DNA from: Synechococcus sp. UW140
GTDB lineage: Bacteria; Cyanobacteriota; Cyanobacteriia; PCC-6307; Cyanobiaceae
Direction: 5' to 3'
Assembly (NCBI GenBank): GCA_943369245.1
Contig: CALRMN020000015.1
Location: forward strand, 916 to 64,915
DNA: 64,000 nucleotides
Numbering within the stretch: the stretch's first letter is position 1; every line of letters starts with the position of its first letter. The notes beneath the pieces were generated by a model. It made no database searches. It was not told the origin of the DNA and saw nothing but the letters and a program-made list of their open reading frames with translations. The position numbers and the translations under genes are program-made. Shown here piece by piece: positions 50,263-59,887 of this stretch.

Positions 50263-52398
50263 TCAGGCCGCCACCAGGCCGGAATGGCGAATCAGGGCCT
50301 CCGGCGAGGGCTCACGGCCGCGGAAGGCCCTGAACACATCGGCGGGGCTGCGGCTGCCCCCGAGGCTGAGCACCGTGTCGCGGAAGCGGCGGCCTGTGCG
50401 GCGCACGGCCGTCTCATCCTCGAGACCCACCTCCTCGAAGGCGCTGAAGGCATCGGCACTGAGCACCTCGGCCCACTTGTAGGAGTAGTAGCCGGCGGAG
50501 TACCCGCCGGCGAAGATGTGGCTGAAGGCGCAGAGGAAGGCATCCTCCGGAATGGGGGGCAGCACCGTTGTGGTGGTAGCGATCTGGCGGCGCAGATCCT
50601 CGGGGCTCTGGCCCGAAGCGGGAGTCCAGACGCTGTGCAGGCGCAGGTCGACCAGGGCGAAGTGCACCTGGCGCAGGGTGGCGCTGCCGCCCATGAACGT
50701 GCGGGCCGCCAGGAGTTTGGCGAACTCCTCCTCGGGCAGGGGCTCAGCGGTCTGCCAGTGCCGGGCCATGCCCAGCAGCGTGGCCCGGTCGTAGCACCAG
50801 TTCTCCATGAACTGGCTGGGCAACTCCACCGCGTCCCACTCCACGTGGTTGATGCCGGCCGCCTGGGGCCGCTCGACGGTGGTGAGCATGTGCTGAAGCC
50901 CGTGTCCGAATTCGTGGAAGAGCGTCTCCACCTCCTCGAAGGTCATCAGGCTGGGGATCTCGCCCACCGGCGGACTCTGGTTGCAGATCAGGTAGGCCAC
51001 CGGCAGCACCGGGCGCCCGGCGGCGTCGGTGTGGCGATCCAGGCAGGTGTCCATCCAGGCTCCACCGCGCTTGCTGCCGGGGCGGCTGTAGGGATCGAGG
51101 TAGAAGCTGGCGATGGCCTGGCCGCTGCCGCTGTCGAAGACCCGGAAGAAGCGCACATCGGCATGCCACACCGGCGCTTCGCCATCGGCGGCTTCGATGC
51201 GGATGCCGAAGAGACGGCCGCAGAGGGCGAACAGGCCATCGAGCACCCGCGGCAGGGGGAACCAGGGGCGCAGCGCCTCGCCATGGAGATCGAAACTCTC
51301 GCGCCGCAACACTTCGGCCCAGAAGCTCACGTCCCAGGGTTTGAGATCGCCGGCCTCAGGGGCACCCTGGCGCCCGGCGCAGGCGGCGAGGGCCTGCAGC
51401 TCCCGCTCCGCAGCCGGATAGGACGCCGCCCGCAGATCCTCCAGCAGGCGTTCCACCGACTCCACGGAGTCGGCCATTTTCGAGGCCAGACTCACCTCGG
51501 CCCAGTTGGCGTAGCCCAGCCGCACGGCCTGCTCGCCCTTGAGCATGAGGATCCGTTCGATCAGGGGCCGGTTGTCCAGATCACCGGATGAGGCACGGCT
51601 CACCTGGGCCTTGTAGAGCCGCTCGCGCAGGTCGCGGCGGCGGCTGTACTTCAGGAAGGGCATGGCCCGAGGGATGTCCAGCCCCAGCAGCCAGGGACCG
51701 TCCTCGGCGCTGGCCTCACGGCCATCGGCGCCGCTCAGCCCGGCATCCCGCGCCGCCTGGGCCAGCAGCTGGCGCAGGCTTTCAGGCAGACCCTCCACCT
51801 CCTCCGGAGTGTTGAGGGTCAGCGTCCAACCGTTGGTGGCATCGAGCACGTGGTTGCCGAAGCAGGTGGCGAGCCCGGCCAGCTCCTCACTGGCGGCGTT
51901 GAACGCCGCCTGGTCCTCGCCCTCCAGCGCCACGCCCCGCAGCCGCATCTCCAGCAGCTCGGCGTCGAGGATGCGCTCCTGGGTTGTGTCGAGGGGCAGG
52001 TGGCCTTCCCGGTGCTGCTCCTGAAGCCGCTCCAGGGCCCGGAACACCGTGCGGCTCTGGCCCGCGCGGTTGCCGAAGGCCACCACCGCCGCCTGCTGGC
52101 TCTGGTGTGCCTCGCGCAGCTCCGGGCTGTTGCAGACGCCATTGAGATGGCTGACCACGCCCCAGCTCCAGCGCAGTCGCTCACCCAGCCGCTGCAGGGG
52201 ATCCATGACCTCAGGCCAGCCCAGGGGTTCAGCGGAGTCGAGGGCCAGGTCCAGGCGCTGCTCCAGTGCACTGAGACCGGCGTTGAGCTCGTCGAGCAGG
52301 ACGGGAATCTGCTGGCGCACCTGCTCGGAGGTGATGGCCGGAAAGTCAGGCAGACCCTCGCCGCGAAGCAGGGGGGGCGCAAGCAGGGAAGCGCTCAT
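50263..52398 (-). CDS. prlC: Oligopeptidase A (M3 family)
   Basis: TLFHEFGHGLQH zinc motif, WDAVELPSQFMENW, YSAGYYSYKWAE. Confidence 0.96.
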   Translation of the reverse strand: MSASLLAPPLLRGEGLPDFPAITSEQVRQQIPVLLDELNAGLSALEQRLDLALDSAEPLGWPEVMDPLQRLGERLRWSWGVVSHLNGVCNSPELREAHQSQQAAVVAFGNRAGQSRTVFRALERLQEQHREGHLPLDTTQERILDAELLEMRLRGVALEGEDQAAFNAASEELAGLATCFGNHVLDATNGWTLTLNTPEEVEGLPESLRQLLAQAARDAGLSGADGREASAEDGPWLLGLDIPRAMPFLKYSRRRDLRERLYKAQVSRASSGDLDNRPLIERILMLKGEQAVRLGYANWAEVSLASKMADSVESVERLLEDLRAASYPAAERELQALAACAGRQGAPEAGDLKPWDVSFWAEVLRRESFDLHGEALRPWFPLPRVLDGLFALCGRLFGIRIEAADGEAPVWHADVRFFRVFDSGSGQAIASFYLDPYSRPGSKRGGAWMDTCLDRHTDAAGRPVLPVAYLICNQSPPVGEIPSLMTFEEVETLFHEFGHGLQHMLTTVERPQAAGINHVEWDAVELPSQFMENWCYDRATLLGMARHWQTAEPLPEEEFAKLLAARTFMGGSATLRQVHFALVDLRLHSVWTPASGQSPEDLRRQIATTTTVLPPIPEDAFLCAFSHIFAGGYSAGYYSYKWAEVLSADAFSAFEEVGLEDETAVRRTGRRFRDTVLSLGGSRSPADVFRAFRGREPSPEALIRHSGLVAA

Positions 52399-52453
52399 GG
52401 CGGGGAAACGGTTCGGTGGGCCCATTCCAGCGGATCAGCGCCGCCCCGGCGGT

Positions 52454-54028
52454 TCAGCCAAGAGCGGAAAGCCGCCCCACCGCCATGACGCTGGAGGCAC
52501 TGAGCCCCTCGGCCAGGGCCGTGGTGGTGGCGCCGTAGAAGTCGATCGCCAGGCGGGGCCAGAAGCCGATCGCCAGGGTCGGCACCAGCAGGCAGAGCCC
52601 GATCACCAGCTCCCTTGGTTTCATGTCTCCCACCACCGCCAGGGCCGGGATCCTGGGACCGAAGAAGACACGGCGGCAGAGCGAGAGCAGGTACACGGGG
52701 GTGAGCACCAGGCCGATGGCCGCCAGCACGATCGTGACCACCCGGAAGGGCACGGTGAAGCCCTCGTTGGCGGTGATCCCCAGGAACACGGTGATCTCGC
52801 TGATGAAGCCGCTCATGCCAGGCAGAGCCAGGGAGGCGAGCGAACTGGCCAGGAAGAAGGCGAAGGTGATCGGCAGGACCTTGGCCAGGCCACCCATGTT
52901 CGGGATCGAGAGAGTCTTGGTGCGCTCGTAGAACACTCCCGTCACGAAGAACATCGAGGCGGCGATCAGGCCGTGGCTGATCATCTGCAGCATTGCCCCG
53001 CTCATGCCGAGGCTGTCGATGGCACCGATGCCGAGCAACACGAAGCCCATGTGACTCACCGAACTGCAGGCGATCCGCCGCTTGACGTTGTCCTGGGCGA
53101 AGGCGTTGAGGGCCCCGTAGATGATGTTGACGATGCCCAGCACCACCAGGGCCGGCGCCAGCTGCACATGGGCGTCGGGGAGCATCTGCACGTTGAAGCG
53201 CAGCAGGGCATAGCCGCCCATCTTCAGCAGCACCCCCGCGAGCAACATCGACACCGGGGCATTGGCCTCACCATGGGCGTCGGGCAGCCAGGTGTGCAGA
53301 GGGAACATCGGCAACTTCACCCCGAAGCCGATCAGGAAGCCCAGGTAGCAGAGCAGTCCGAAGCTGCCGCCATAGGACCGCTCGCTCAGGGCCTGCAGGT
53401 TGAGGGTGAAACCATCACCGCCCAGGGCCAGGGCCAGACCGCTGATCAGGATCAGCAGGGAGGCGGTTGCGGTATAGAGAATGAATTTGGTGGCGGCGTA
53501 CTGGCGCTGGGTTCCACCCCAGATCGCGATCAGCAGGTAGACCGGCACCAGCTCCAGTTCCCAGGCCAGGAAGAAGAGCAGAAAGTCCTGGGACAGAAAC
53601 ACCAGGGACTGAGCGGAGGCCTGCAGCAGCAGCAGGCCGAAGTAGAGCTGGGTCTTGCGGTTGACGTTCCAGCTGGCCGCCACCGCCAGCAGGGTGACCA
53701 GCCCACTGAGCACCACCAGGGGGGCCGAGAGGCCATCAGCTCCGAGCGACCACTCCAGTCCGAGCAGGGGGACCCAGGGCACCCGCTCCACCAGCTGCAG
53801 GCCGCTCAGTCCACCGTCGAAACGCTGGCTGAACACCCACATCATCAGAAGCAGGTCGGCCAGCAGCACCACCAGGGCAATGGTGCGGGGGGCTCTGGGA
53901 TCGGTGCCGTCGCCCGGGAGCAGCGGCATCATCAGGGCACCGGCCGCCGGCAACAGGGCGATCAGGCTGAGCCAGGGAAAGGACGCAGGCAGGCTGGACG
54001 CAACCGTGAGGGGCAGTGTGGCGTCCAT
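52454..54028 (-). CDS. ndhD: NAD(P)H-quinone oxidoreductase subunit 4 (NdhD; probably the D2-type paralogue, as it is not next to ndhF)
   Basis: [47 protein letters not shown]. Confidence 0.95.
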   Translation of the reverse strand: MDATLPLTVASSLPASFPWLSLIALLPAAGALMMPLLPGDGTDPRAPRTIALVVLLADLLLMMWVFSQRFDGGLSGLQLVERVPWVPLLGLEWSLGADGLSAPLVVLSGLVTLLAVAASWNVNRKTQLYFGLLLLQASAQSLVFLSQDFLLFFLAWELELVPVYLLIAIWGGTQRQYAATKFILYTATASLLILISGLALALGGDGFTLNLQALSERSYGGSFGLLCYLGFLIGFGVKLPMFPLHTWLPDAHGEANAPVSMLLAGVLLKMGGYALLRFNVQMLPDAHVQLAPALVVLGIVNIIYGALNAFAQDNVKRRIACSSVSHMGFVLLGIGAIDSLGMSGAMLQMISHGLIAASMFFVTGVFYERTKTLSIPNMGGLAKVLPITFAFFLASSLASLALPGMSGFISEITVFLGITANEGFTVPFRVVTIVLAAIGLVLTPVYLLSLCRRVFFGPRIPALAVVGDMKPRELVIGLCLLVPTLAIGFWPRLAIDFYGATTTALAEGLSASSVMAVGRLSALG

Positions 54029-54119
54029 TCGAGACTGCGGAAGGGTCGGTTGTAGCCGGAGGAACCGGCATTCGGGCACTGAATGTATCAGTTAGGTAGT
54101 TGTACTCAGGAGCGCCTGC

Positions 54120-55073
54120 TCAGGGGCGGTCGGGGAGGTCGTGCCAGCGGCTGCCGCTCAGCTGCACCCGCAGCACTTCGGCCCGGGAGGCGACCCCCTC
54201 CCGCTCCCAGGCCGACACCATCGCCCGGCTCACGGCCGCGGCATGGTCGGCACTGGTCAGGGCCAGCAGGCTGGGCCCGGCGCCGCTGATCACACAGCCC
54301 CATGCTCCGGCATCGAGGGCCGCCTGGCGCACCTGGCGCCCCCCCTGGATCAGGCCCCAGCGGTAGGGCTCATGCAGCCTGTCGTGCATGCCGTCGGCGA
54401 TCAGATCGCCGTTGCCTGTGCGCAGACCCTGCAGCAGCAGGGTGAGCGAGCCCAGGTTCACCACCGCATCGGCAATCGGAATCACCTTGGGCATGACCCG
54501 CCTCGCCTCGCTGGTGGAGAGCCGGATGGCCGGGATCACCACCACCGCCTTGACACTCTCCTGCCATTCGCAGCGCACCACCCTCCAGCGGTGGGAGGCC
54601 GCCCGAGCGGTCATGCAGAGGCCACCGAGCAACGAAGGAACGACATTGTCGGGATGTCCCTCAATGTCGATGGCCAGCTCCAGCAGCTTCTCCTTGCTCA
54701 GGGGTTCCCCCACCAGGGCGTTGGCGCCGATCAGCCCGGCCACGATCGCCGTGGCACTGCTGCCCAGCCCCCGGGCCGGTGGAACCGCCAGCCGCACCCG
54801 GGCCTCGAGAGCCACCGGCTGCTGGCCCGCCTCCTTCCACACCCGCTGGGCGGAACGGTAGACGAGGTTGTCGGGTCCACCGCGCAGGTGGGCCCCTTCG
54901 CTGCCTTCGATCAACAGGTCGAAGCGCTCACCATCCCCCTCGATGCAGCGCAGCTCGAAGCGGTTGTTCAGCTCCAGGGCCGCCCCCAGACAATCGAACC
55001 CTGGACCCAGGTTGGCGGTGGTCGCCGGTACATCCACCTGCACACCCTGCCCGATGCGGGGCCTCACCATCAC
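54120..55073 (-). CDS. thrB: Homoserine kinase
   Basis: VPATTANLGPGFD, PPARGLGSSATA, EGHPDN, ISGAGPS. Confidence 0.97.
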   Translation of the reverse strand: MMVRPRIGQGVQVDVPATTANLGPGFDCLGAALELNNRFELRCIEGDGERFDLLIEGSEGAHLRGGPDNLVYRSAQRVWKEAGQQPVALEARVRLAVPPARGLGSSATAIVAGLIGANALVGEPLSKEKLLELAIDIEGHPDNVVPSLLGGLCMTARAASHRWRVVRCEWQESVKAVVVIPAIRLSTSEARRVMPKVIPIADAVVNLGSLTLLLQGLRTGNGDLIADGMHDRLHEPYRWGLIQGGRQVRQAALDAGAWGCVISGAGPSLLALTSADHAAAVSRAMVSAWEREGVASRAEVLRVQLSGSRWHDLPDRP

Positions 55074-55115
55074 AACCGTTCTGCTCGAGACAGTGTCCCA
55101 TCCGCCCGAGCTGCC

Positions 55116-56150
55116 TCAGCCCAGCAGCATCCGTGCCCGGCAGGCGGCACTGAACAGGCCGGCCTCGGGATCGGTCAGGGCCAGGAGCGGGATCCTCTCA
55201 AGCACCGGCGTCAGCCGGCCCTTGGCGGCCAGGGGGCCGAGAAAGGCCTGGGAACGCAGCTGGGGCAGAAGCTTGGCGGCGGTACCACCCCCCAGCCAGA
55301 GTCCGCCGCGGCAGAGGCTCTGCAGGGCCACGTCCCCCGCTACAGAGCCGTAGGCCCCCAGCCAGAGATCGAGGGCGGCGGAGGCCAAGGGATCAGCGGC
55401 GGCTGCAGCGGCGGCCACCAAGGCCGGCAGATCGGGGCGATCCGCCTCGCCGCGGAGTTCGGCCAGGGCCCAGATCCCCGCCGCCGCCGCCAGTTCATGG
55501 GGCGCGCCGGCCCCGGCAGCCTCGTGGAGAAACCAGCGGAAGACATGGCCCAGGCCGGTGCCGCTGACGATCCGCTCGATCGAGACCCGCTCCAGGGACA
55601 GGTCGCGCAGCAACCACTGCTTCAGACGCCACTCCCGCTCCTGCCGCGGCGCGAATTCGCCGTGGGCGGCCTCACTGGCCAGGGCGATCAGGCCCCGGGG
55701 GCCCGGCACTCCGATGGCCACGCCAAGGCCGGTGCCGGCCCCGAGAATCGCCAGTGGGCCCGACTGGGACTCTCCCTCTCTCACCACCGCCTGCTGGGAC
55801 TCCCTCAGATGCGGCAGTCCGTAGATCAGCACGGCGAAGTCGTTGACCAGCTCCAGCCGCTTGAGCCCGCAGGCGGAAGCCAGCTCCAGCTCGTCGAGCT
55901 CCCAGGGCAGGTTGGTCAGCCGGACCCGGCCGTCCTGCACGGGCCCGGCAATCGCCAGACAGCCATGGCTGGGGGCCTCGGATCCGGCTCCGCCACCGGC
56001 GAGGAACCGGCGCACCAGCGCGGAGAAGTCGTCCCAGGCGGCTGAGGCGAATCGCTCACAGCGGAGCTGCACCAACGCGCCCCCCTCGAGCCGGTAGGTG
56101 GCCAGCAGGGTCTTGGTGCCACCGATGTCACCGGCCAGCAGGGTGGTCAT
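55116..56150 (-). CDS. glk: Glucokinase (Glk family)
   Basis: GDIGGTKT, LTNLPW, VNDF, GAGTGLG, SEAAH, ERIVSGTG. Confidence 0.95.
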   Translation of the reverse strand: MTTLLAGDIGGTKTLLATYRLEGGALVQLRCERFASAAWDDFSALVRRFLAGGGAGSEAPSHGCLAIAGPVQDGRVRLTNLPWELDELELASACGLKRLELVNDFAVLIYGLPHLRESQQAVVREGESQSGPLAILGAGTGLGVAIGVPGPRGLIALASEAAHGEFAPRQEREWRLKQWLLRDLSLERVSIERIVSGTGLGHVFRWFLHEAAGAGAPHELAAAAGIWALAELRGEADRPDLPALVAAAAAAADPLASAALDLWLGAYGSVAGDVALQSLCRGGLWLGGGTAAKLLPQLRSQAFLGPLAAKGRLTPVLERIPLLALTDPEAGLFSAACRARMLLG

Positions 56151-58018
56151 CCGGAGGCCGGCGCAGGCTCCAGACCCAGGCCGGGGGCGCGGGTCTCGCT
56201 GGCGGCCCTGGCGGCTGCCACCAGCACAGGGGTCTCGACGCTGCCGAGGTCACCGTCACGGCGGGAGCGGAGGCTGACGCTGCCCTGCTCGGCCTCCTTG
56301 GCGCCGATCACCGCCAGGACCGGAATCTTCTGCTGCTCCCCGTGGCGAATAAGCTTGCCGAGGCGATCGCCACTGCGATCAATGGCGGCGCGCACACCCG
56401 CTGAACGCAGCCGAGCCAGCACCTCCTCGGCATAGGGGATCACCTCGTCGGTGACGGGCAGCAGACGGACCTGTTCGGGAGCCAGCCAGAAGGGAAAGTC
56501 GCCGGCATAGTTCTCGACCATGATCCCGAAGAACCTCTCCAGCGAGCCGAAGATCGCCCGGTGAATCATGATCGGCCGCTGGCGGCTGCCGTCGGCGGCC
56601 ACGTAGTGCAGATCGAAGCGCTCGGGCAGGTTGAAATCGAGCTGAATCGTGGAACACTGCCACATCCTGCCGATGGCATCCTCGATCTTGATGTCGATCT
56701 TGGGGCCGTAGAAGGCTCCGCCACCCTCATCGACCTTGTAGGGCCAGCCCTTGCGTTCCAGGGCCTCGATCAGGCCGGCGGTGGCCAGCTCCCAGACGGC
56801 ATCATCACCGATCGATTTCTCCGGTCGGGTGGAGAGATTCACCTCATAGGTGTGAAAGTCGAAGCTGGAGAGGATCGTTTCGGTGAGGTTCAGAACCCCG
56901 AGGATCTCATCGCCGATCTGCTCGGGCAGGCAGAAGATATGGGCGTCGTCCTGGGTGAAGCCGCGCACCCGCATCAGCCCATGCATCACACCGGGGCGTT
57001 CGTATCGGTACACCGTGCCCAGCTCGGCCCAGCGGATCGGCAGCTCGCGGTAGGAGCGCAGGGTGCTGGCATAGGTGAGCACGTGGAACGGGCAGTTCAT
57101 CGGCTTGAGCTGATACTGGCGCTCATCCACCTGCATGGGCCCGAACATGCTCTCGCTGTAGAAGTCGAGGTGGCCGGAGGTTTTCCAGAGGCTCAGGTCG
57201 GCCACGTGGGGTGTGTAGAGCAGGTCGTAGCCCGCCGCGAAGTGGGCCTGCCGCCAGAACTCTTCGATGAGCAGGCGCATGCGGGCGCCGCGGGGGTGCC
57301 AGAACACCAGACCGGCGCCGGCTTCATCCTCGATCGAGAAGAGCTGCAGGTCGGTGCCGAGGCGGCGGTGATCGCGGCGCAGGGCCTCCTGCTTGCGGTG
57401 CTTGTACTCGGTCAGCTGCTCCGGGGTCTGCCAGGCGGTGCCGTAGATGCGCTGCAACTGGGCTCTGGTTTCATCCCCGCGCCAGTAGGCACCGGCCACG
57501 CTCTCGAGCTCGAAGGCCTTGGGGTTGAGTTCGCTGGTGTTGGCCACGTGGGGCCCGGCGCAGAGGTCCCACCATTCGTCACCGAGGGTGTAGAGGGTGA
57601 TGGGCTCCTGAATCCCCGCCAGGATCTCGAGTTTGTAGGGCTCGTTCTGGGCCTTGATGCGCTCCTCGGCCTGCTCGCGGCTCACCTCGAGTCGCTGCAG
57701 CGGCAACTTGCGGGCGATGATCTTGCCCATCTCCTTCTTGATGGCCTTGAGATCGGCCTCGGTGAAGGGTTCGGGATTGTCGAAGTCGTAGTAGAAGCCG
57801 TTCTCGGTCCAGGGACCGATCGTGACCTGGGCGCTGGGGAAGAGCTTCTGCACAGCCATGGCCAGCACATGGCTCATGGAATGGCGGATCCGCAGCAACT
57901 CCGGGCTCTCGCTCGTGCGGGGCAGACGCATCCGGGGGGCCTCGCCGCCCTGGGTGACCGCCGGCTCCGGGCTCGGGCCAGGGCCAGAGGCCGGGAGCGT
58001 CGACGGGGATGGGGACAC
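56147..58018 (-). CDS. thrS: Threonine--tRNA ligase
   Basis: RIRHSMSHVLA, DLCAGPHV, RDHRRLG, KPMNCPFH, RVRGFTQDDAH, HRAIFGSLERF. Confidence 0.98.
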   Translation of the reverse strand: MSPSPSTLPASGPGPSPEPAVTQGGEAPRMRLPRTSESPELLRIRHSMSHVLAMAVQKLFPSAQVTIGPWTENGFYYDFDNPEPFTEADLKAIKKEMGKIIARKLPLQRLEVSREQAEERIKAQNEPYKLEILAGIQEPITLYTLGDEWWDLCAGPHVANTSELNPKAFELESVAGAYWRGDETRAQLQRIYGTAWQTPEQLTEYKHRKQEALRRDHRRLGTDLQLFSIEDEAGAGLVFWHPRGARMRLLIEEFWRQAHFAAGYDLLYTPHVADLSLWKTSGHLDFYSESMFGPMQVDERQYQLKPMNCPFHVLTYASTLRSYRELPIRWAELGTVYRYERPGVMHGLMRVRGFTQDDAHIFCLPEQIGDEILGVLNLTETILSSFDFHTYEVNLSTRPEKSIGDDAVWELATAGLIEALERKGWPYKVDEGGGAFYGPKIDIKIEDAIGRMWQCSTIQLDFNLPERFDLHYVAADGSRQRPIMIHRAIFGSLERFFGIMVENYAGDFPFWLAPEQVRLLPVTDEVIPYAEEVLARLRSAGVRAAIDRSGDRLGKLIRHGEQQKIPVLAVIGAKEAEQGSVSLRSRRDGDLGSVETPVLVAAARAASETRAPGLGLEPAPASG

Positions 58019-58094
58019 GGAATCAGGCGAGGCCAGGGTCGATCCTACGCACCGGATTCGGCCCTGCCGCCCGATGGATTCCTAAGGTTGAGGG

Positions 58095-58469
58095 GTGAGT
58101 GATCTTCCCTCGACACCGGATTCGGCCCCCAGGCCGGGGGCTGCAGGCGAGCTGCTCGACCAGCTGCTGGGTTCCCTGCTGCTGGATTTCGACTTCTGGT
58201 TCGATCGGGGACTGCTGCTGCTCCGGCACTGCCCGGAAAGCGTGCTGAGCGCCGCTGAACAGAAGGCTCTGAGCGAACGCCTGAACACCGCCCGCAAGGA
58301 ACTGATTGCCGCCAGAACCCTGCGCTCGGCCGCACCGGTGAGCATGGCCCTCGACATGCAGGCCATGGCCCCCTGGCATCGCCTGGTGCTGAGTGTCTGG
58401 AATCTGTCGGCGGAGCTGCGCCAGGCCGGGGTGGCCCTGCCGGAGCTGCCCGCGGCGCCCAAGCCTTGA
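58095..58469 (+). CDS. DUF2605-like hypothetical protein
   Basis: LLDQLLGSLLLDFDFWFDR and MAPWHRLV; typical picocyanobacterial gene beside thrS. Confidence 0.7.
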   Translation: MSDLPSTPDSAPRPGAAGELLDQLLGSLLLDFDFWFDRGLLLLRHCPESVLSAAEQKALSERLNTARKELIAARTLRSAAPVSMALDMQAMAPWHRLVLSVWNLSAELRQAGVALPELPAAPKP

Positions 58470-58951
58470 AACGTCCGTCAGCCCCCGGGATCAGCCGGCA
58501 GCGGCGCCACGTGGCCCCAGGCTATCTGCTCTGGGCCCTGGGCCTCTTCGGGGTCTGCGGCCTTCAGCGCTTCTATGCCCGCAAGCCGCTGAGCGGCACC
58601 CTCTGGCTGCTCACCTTCGGCCTCTGCTTCATTGGCCAGCTGGTGGATCTGTTCCTGATTCCGGAGCTGGTGGATCAGGCCAACCAGCCGCTCCTGCTCC
58701 AGGAAGCGCTGGAGGCTCTGGAGGCCGGTACCCCCGGCGATGCCCCGCCGCCCCTGGACCGCCAGTTGCTGGCCCTGGCCCGGCGCGCAGGCGCCGCCGG
58801 CTTCACCTACAACGACGCCCTGCTGGAGTGCCAGCTAGCCCGGGACACCCCGCGGGAGCGGGTTCGCGAGGAAATCCAGCGGCTCATGCACGACGACCTT
58901 CTGGACGTCGGCAACGACGACCGGGGCCGGGTGGTCTACAGGGAGCCCTGA
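58466..58951 (+). CDS. TM2/NINE domain membrane protein
   Basis: GYLLWALGLFGVCGLQRFY..K..SGTLWLLTFGLCFIGQLVDL. Confidence 0.85.
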   Translation: MKRPSAPGISRQRRHVAPGYLLWALGLFGVCGLQRFYARKPLSGTLWLLTFGLCFIGQLVDLFLIPELVDQANQPLLLQEALEALEAGTPGDAPPPLDRQLLALARRAGAAGFTYNDALLECQLARDTPRERVREEIQRLMHDDLLDVGNDDRGRVVYREP

Positions 58952-59641
58952 TCAGCCCAGCCGGCTGCCGGCCGCTGGCGGGGTCGGACCGCGGAGCTGC
59001 TGATCGAAGAAGCGGCGCAGCTCCCCGGCACTCTTCACCGGTTGGCCATAGGCGCTGCCGCCATGGTGCAGGGGGAAGGACGCCCACTCCCCAGCCAGGC
59101 GAGCCATGGCCTCATCGGAGAGCTGGCCCCGGTCGACCGACGCGAGGGCACCACGCTGATCGGCCAGGTAAAGGGCTGCCTGGTCCTGGTTGGCAGGCCC
59201 GAAACCGCGCAGACCGAGGTGGCTGCTGGCCGCCATCCAGGTGGCCGGCAGCATCTGGTAGGCCCCGGCGGCGGCACTGGCGTAGCGCTTCACCACCACG
59301 ATGTCGGGGTGACGCTCCAGGGAGGACACCAGCTCGCCCCCGTAGAGGGTCCGGTAGCCATCGGCAGACCCCCCGGCCCAGGTGCCTTCGGCGAAACGGA
59401 TCGTGGCCAGGAGAGCCTTCCGTTGGCGCGTGAGGGGATAGCGGACCGCCCTCGGGGCGGGCCGGGCCGCGGCGATGGCAGGCGTCGTCGCCAGCGCTGG
59501 TGCGGGAGGAACGGGAGGCGCGGGTGGCACATCTGCCAGCGCAGCGCCATAGCGGCTGGTGATGAGCGCCGGCAGGGCCAGCAGCAGGGCGATGGTGCCG
59601 AGAGCCTGGACGGACCCACGGGATGCTCCCTTGGCAACCAT
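58952..59641 (-). CDS. Exported lambda-R-like muramidase/lytic transglycosylase (GH104-type)
   Basis: Signal/TM segment, Pro-Ala linker, ALLATIRFAEGT (catalytic Glu), AAGAYQ, NQDQAA, EWASFP. Confidence 0.88.
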   Translation of the reverse strand: MVAKGASRGSVQALGTIALLLALPALITSRYGAALADVPPAPPVPPAPALATTPAIAAARPAPRAVRYPLTRQRKALLATIRFAEGTWAGGSADGYRTLYGGELVSSLERHPDIVVVKRYASAAAGAYQMLPATWMAASSHLGLRGFGPANQDQAALYLADQRGALASVDRGQLSDEAMARLAGEWASFPLHHGGSAYGQPVKSAGELRRFFDQQLRGPTPPAAGSRLG

Positions 59642-59872
59642 GCCGAATCAAAAACTTAAAGATTGGGAAACTGTGCTGGTTGTCACATCCTTCCGGCGTC
59701 GAATCCCTGAAGGACTGGACAACGGGGTCCCTGCCGTGCTTGACGGACAGCCAGACAAGTTCGCCTGGCCCGGAGCGGGCACCAGCACAGGAACTCCGGG
59801 TGCTGGAGCTACCACACACCACCGGATCGGCAAGCCCCCTCAGCAGGGCTCGTTGATCAGATCCACTGATCA
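59642..59872 (-). promoter_or_regulatory. Putative structured 5' leader RNA of the muramidase gene
   Basis: Four back-to-back hairpins, a 10-bp long-range helix and a 7-bp stem forming a possible pseudoknot (see findings). Confidence 0.55.
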
Positions 59873-59887
59873 GTCCTTGGCCGTCGA

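Noticed and set aside
54040-54115. NtcA site upstream of ndhD
   Set aside because: No GTA-N8-TAC on either strand; only a GTA-N8-GTA arrangement
46980-56150. Two glucose-kinase-type genes (ROK and Glk) as an unusual redundancy
   Set aside because: Both are ordinary picocyanobacterial core genes in usual neighbourhoods
59642-59872. c-di-AMP (ydaO) riboswitch identity for the muramidase leader
   Set aside because: Fragments such as CCGUCA and GGGACCC occur, but not in the consensus order, and the GCUAAC/GUAAGC elements are missing
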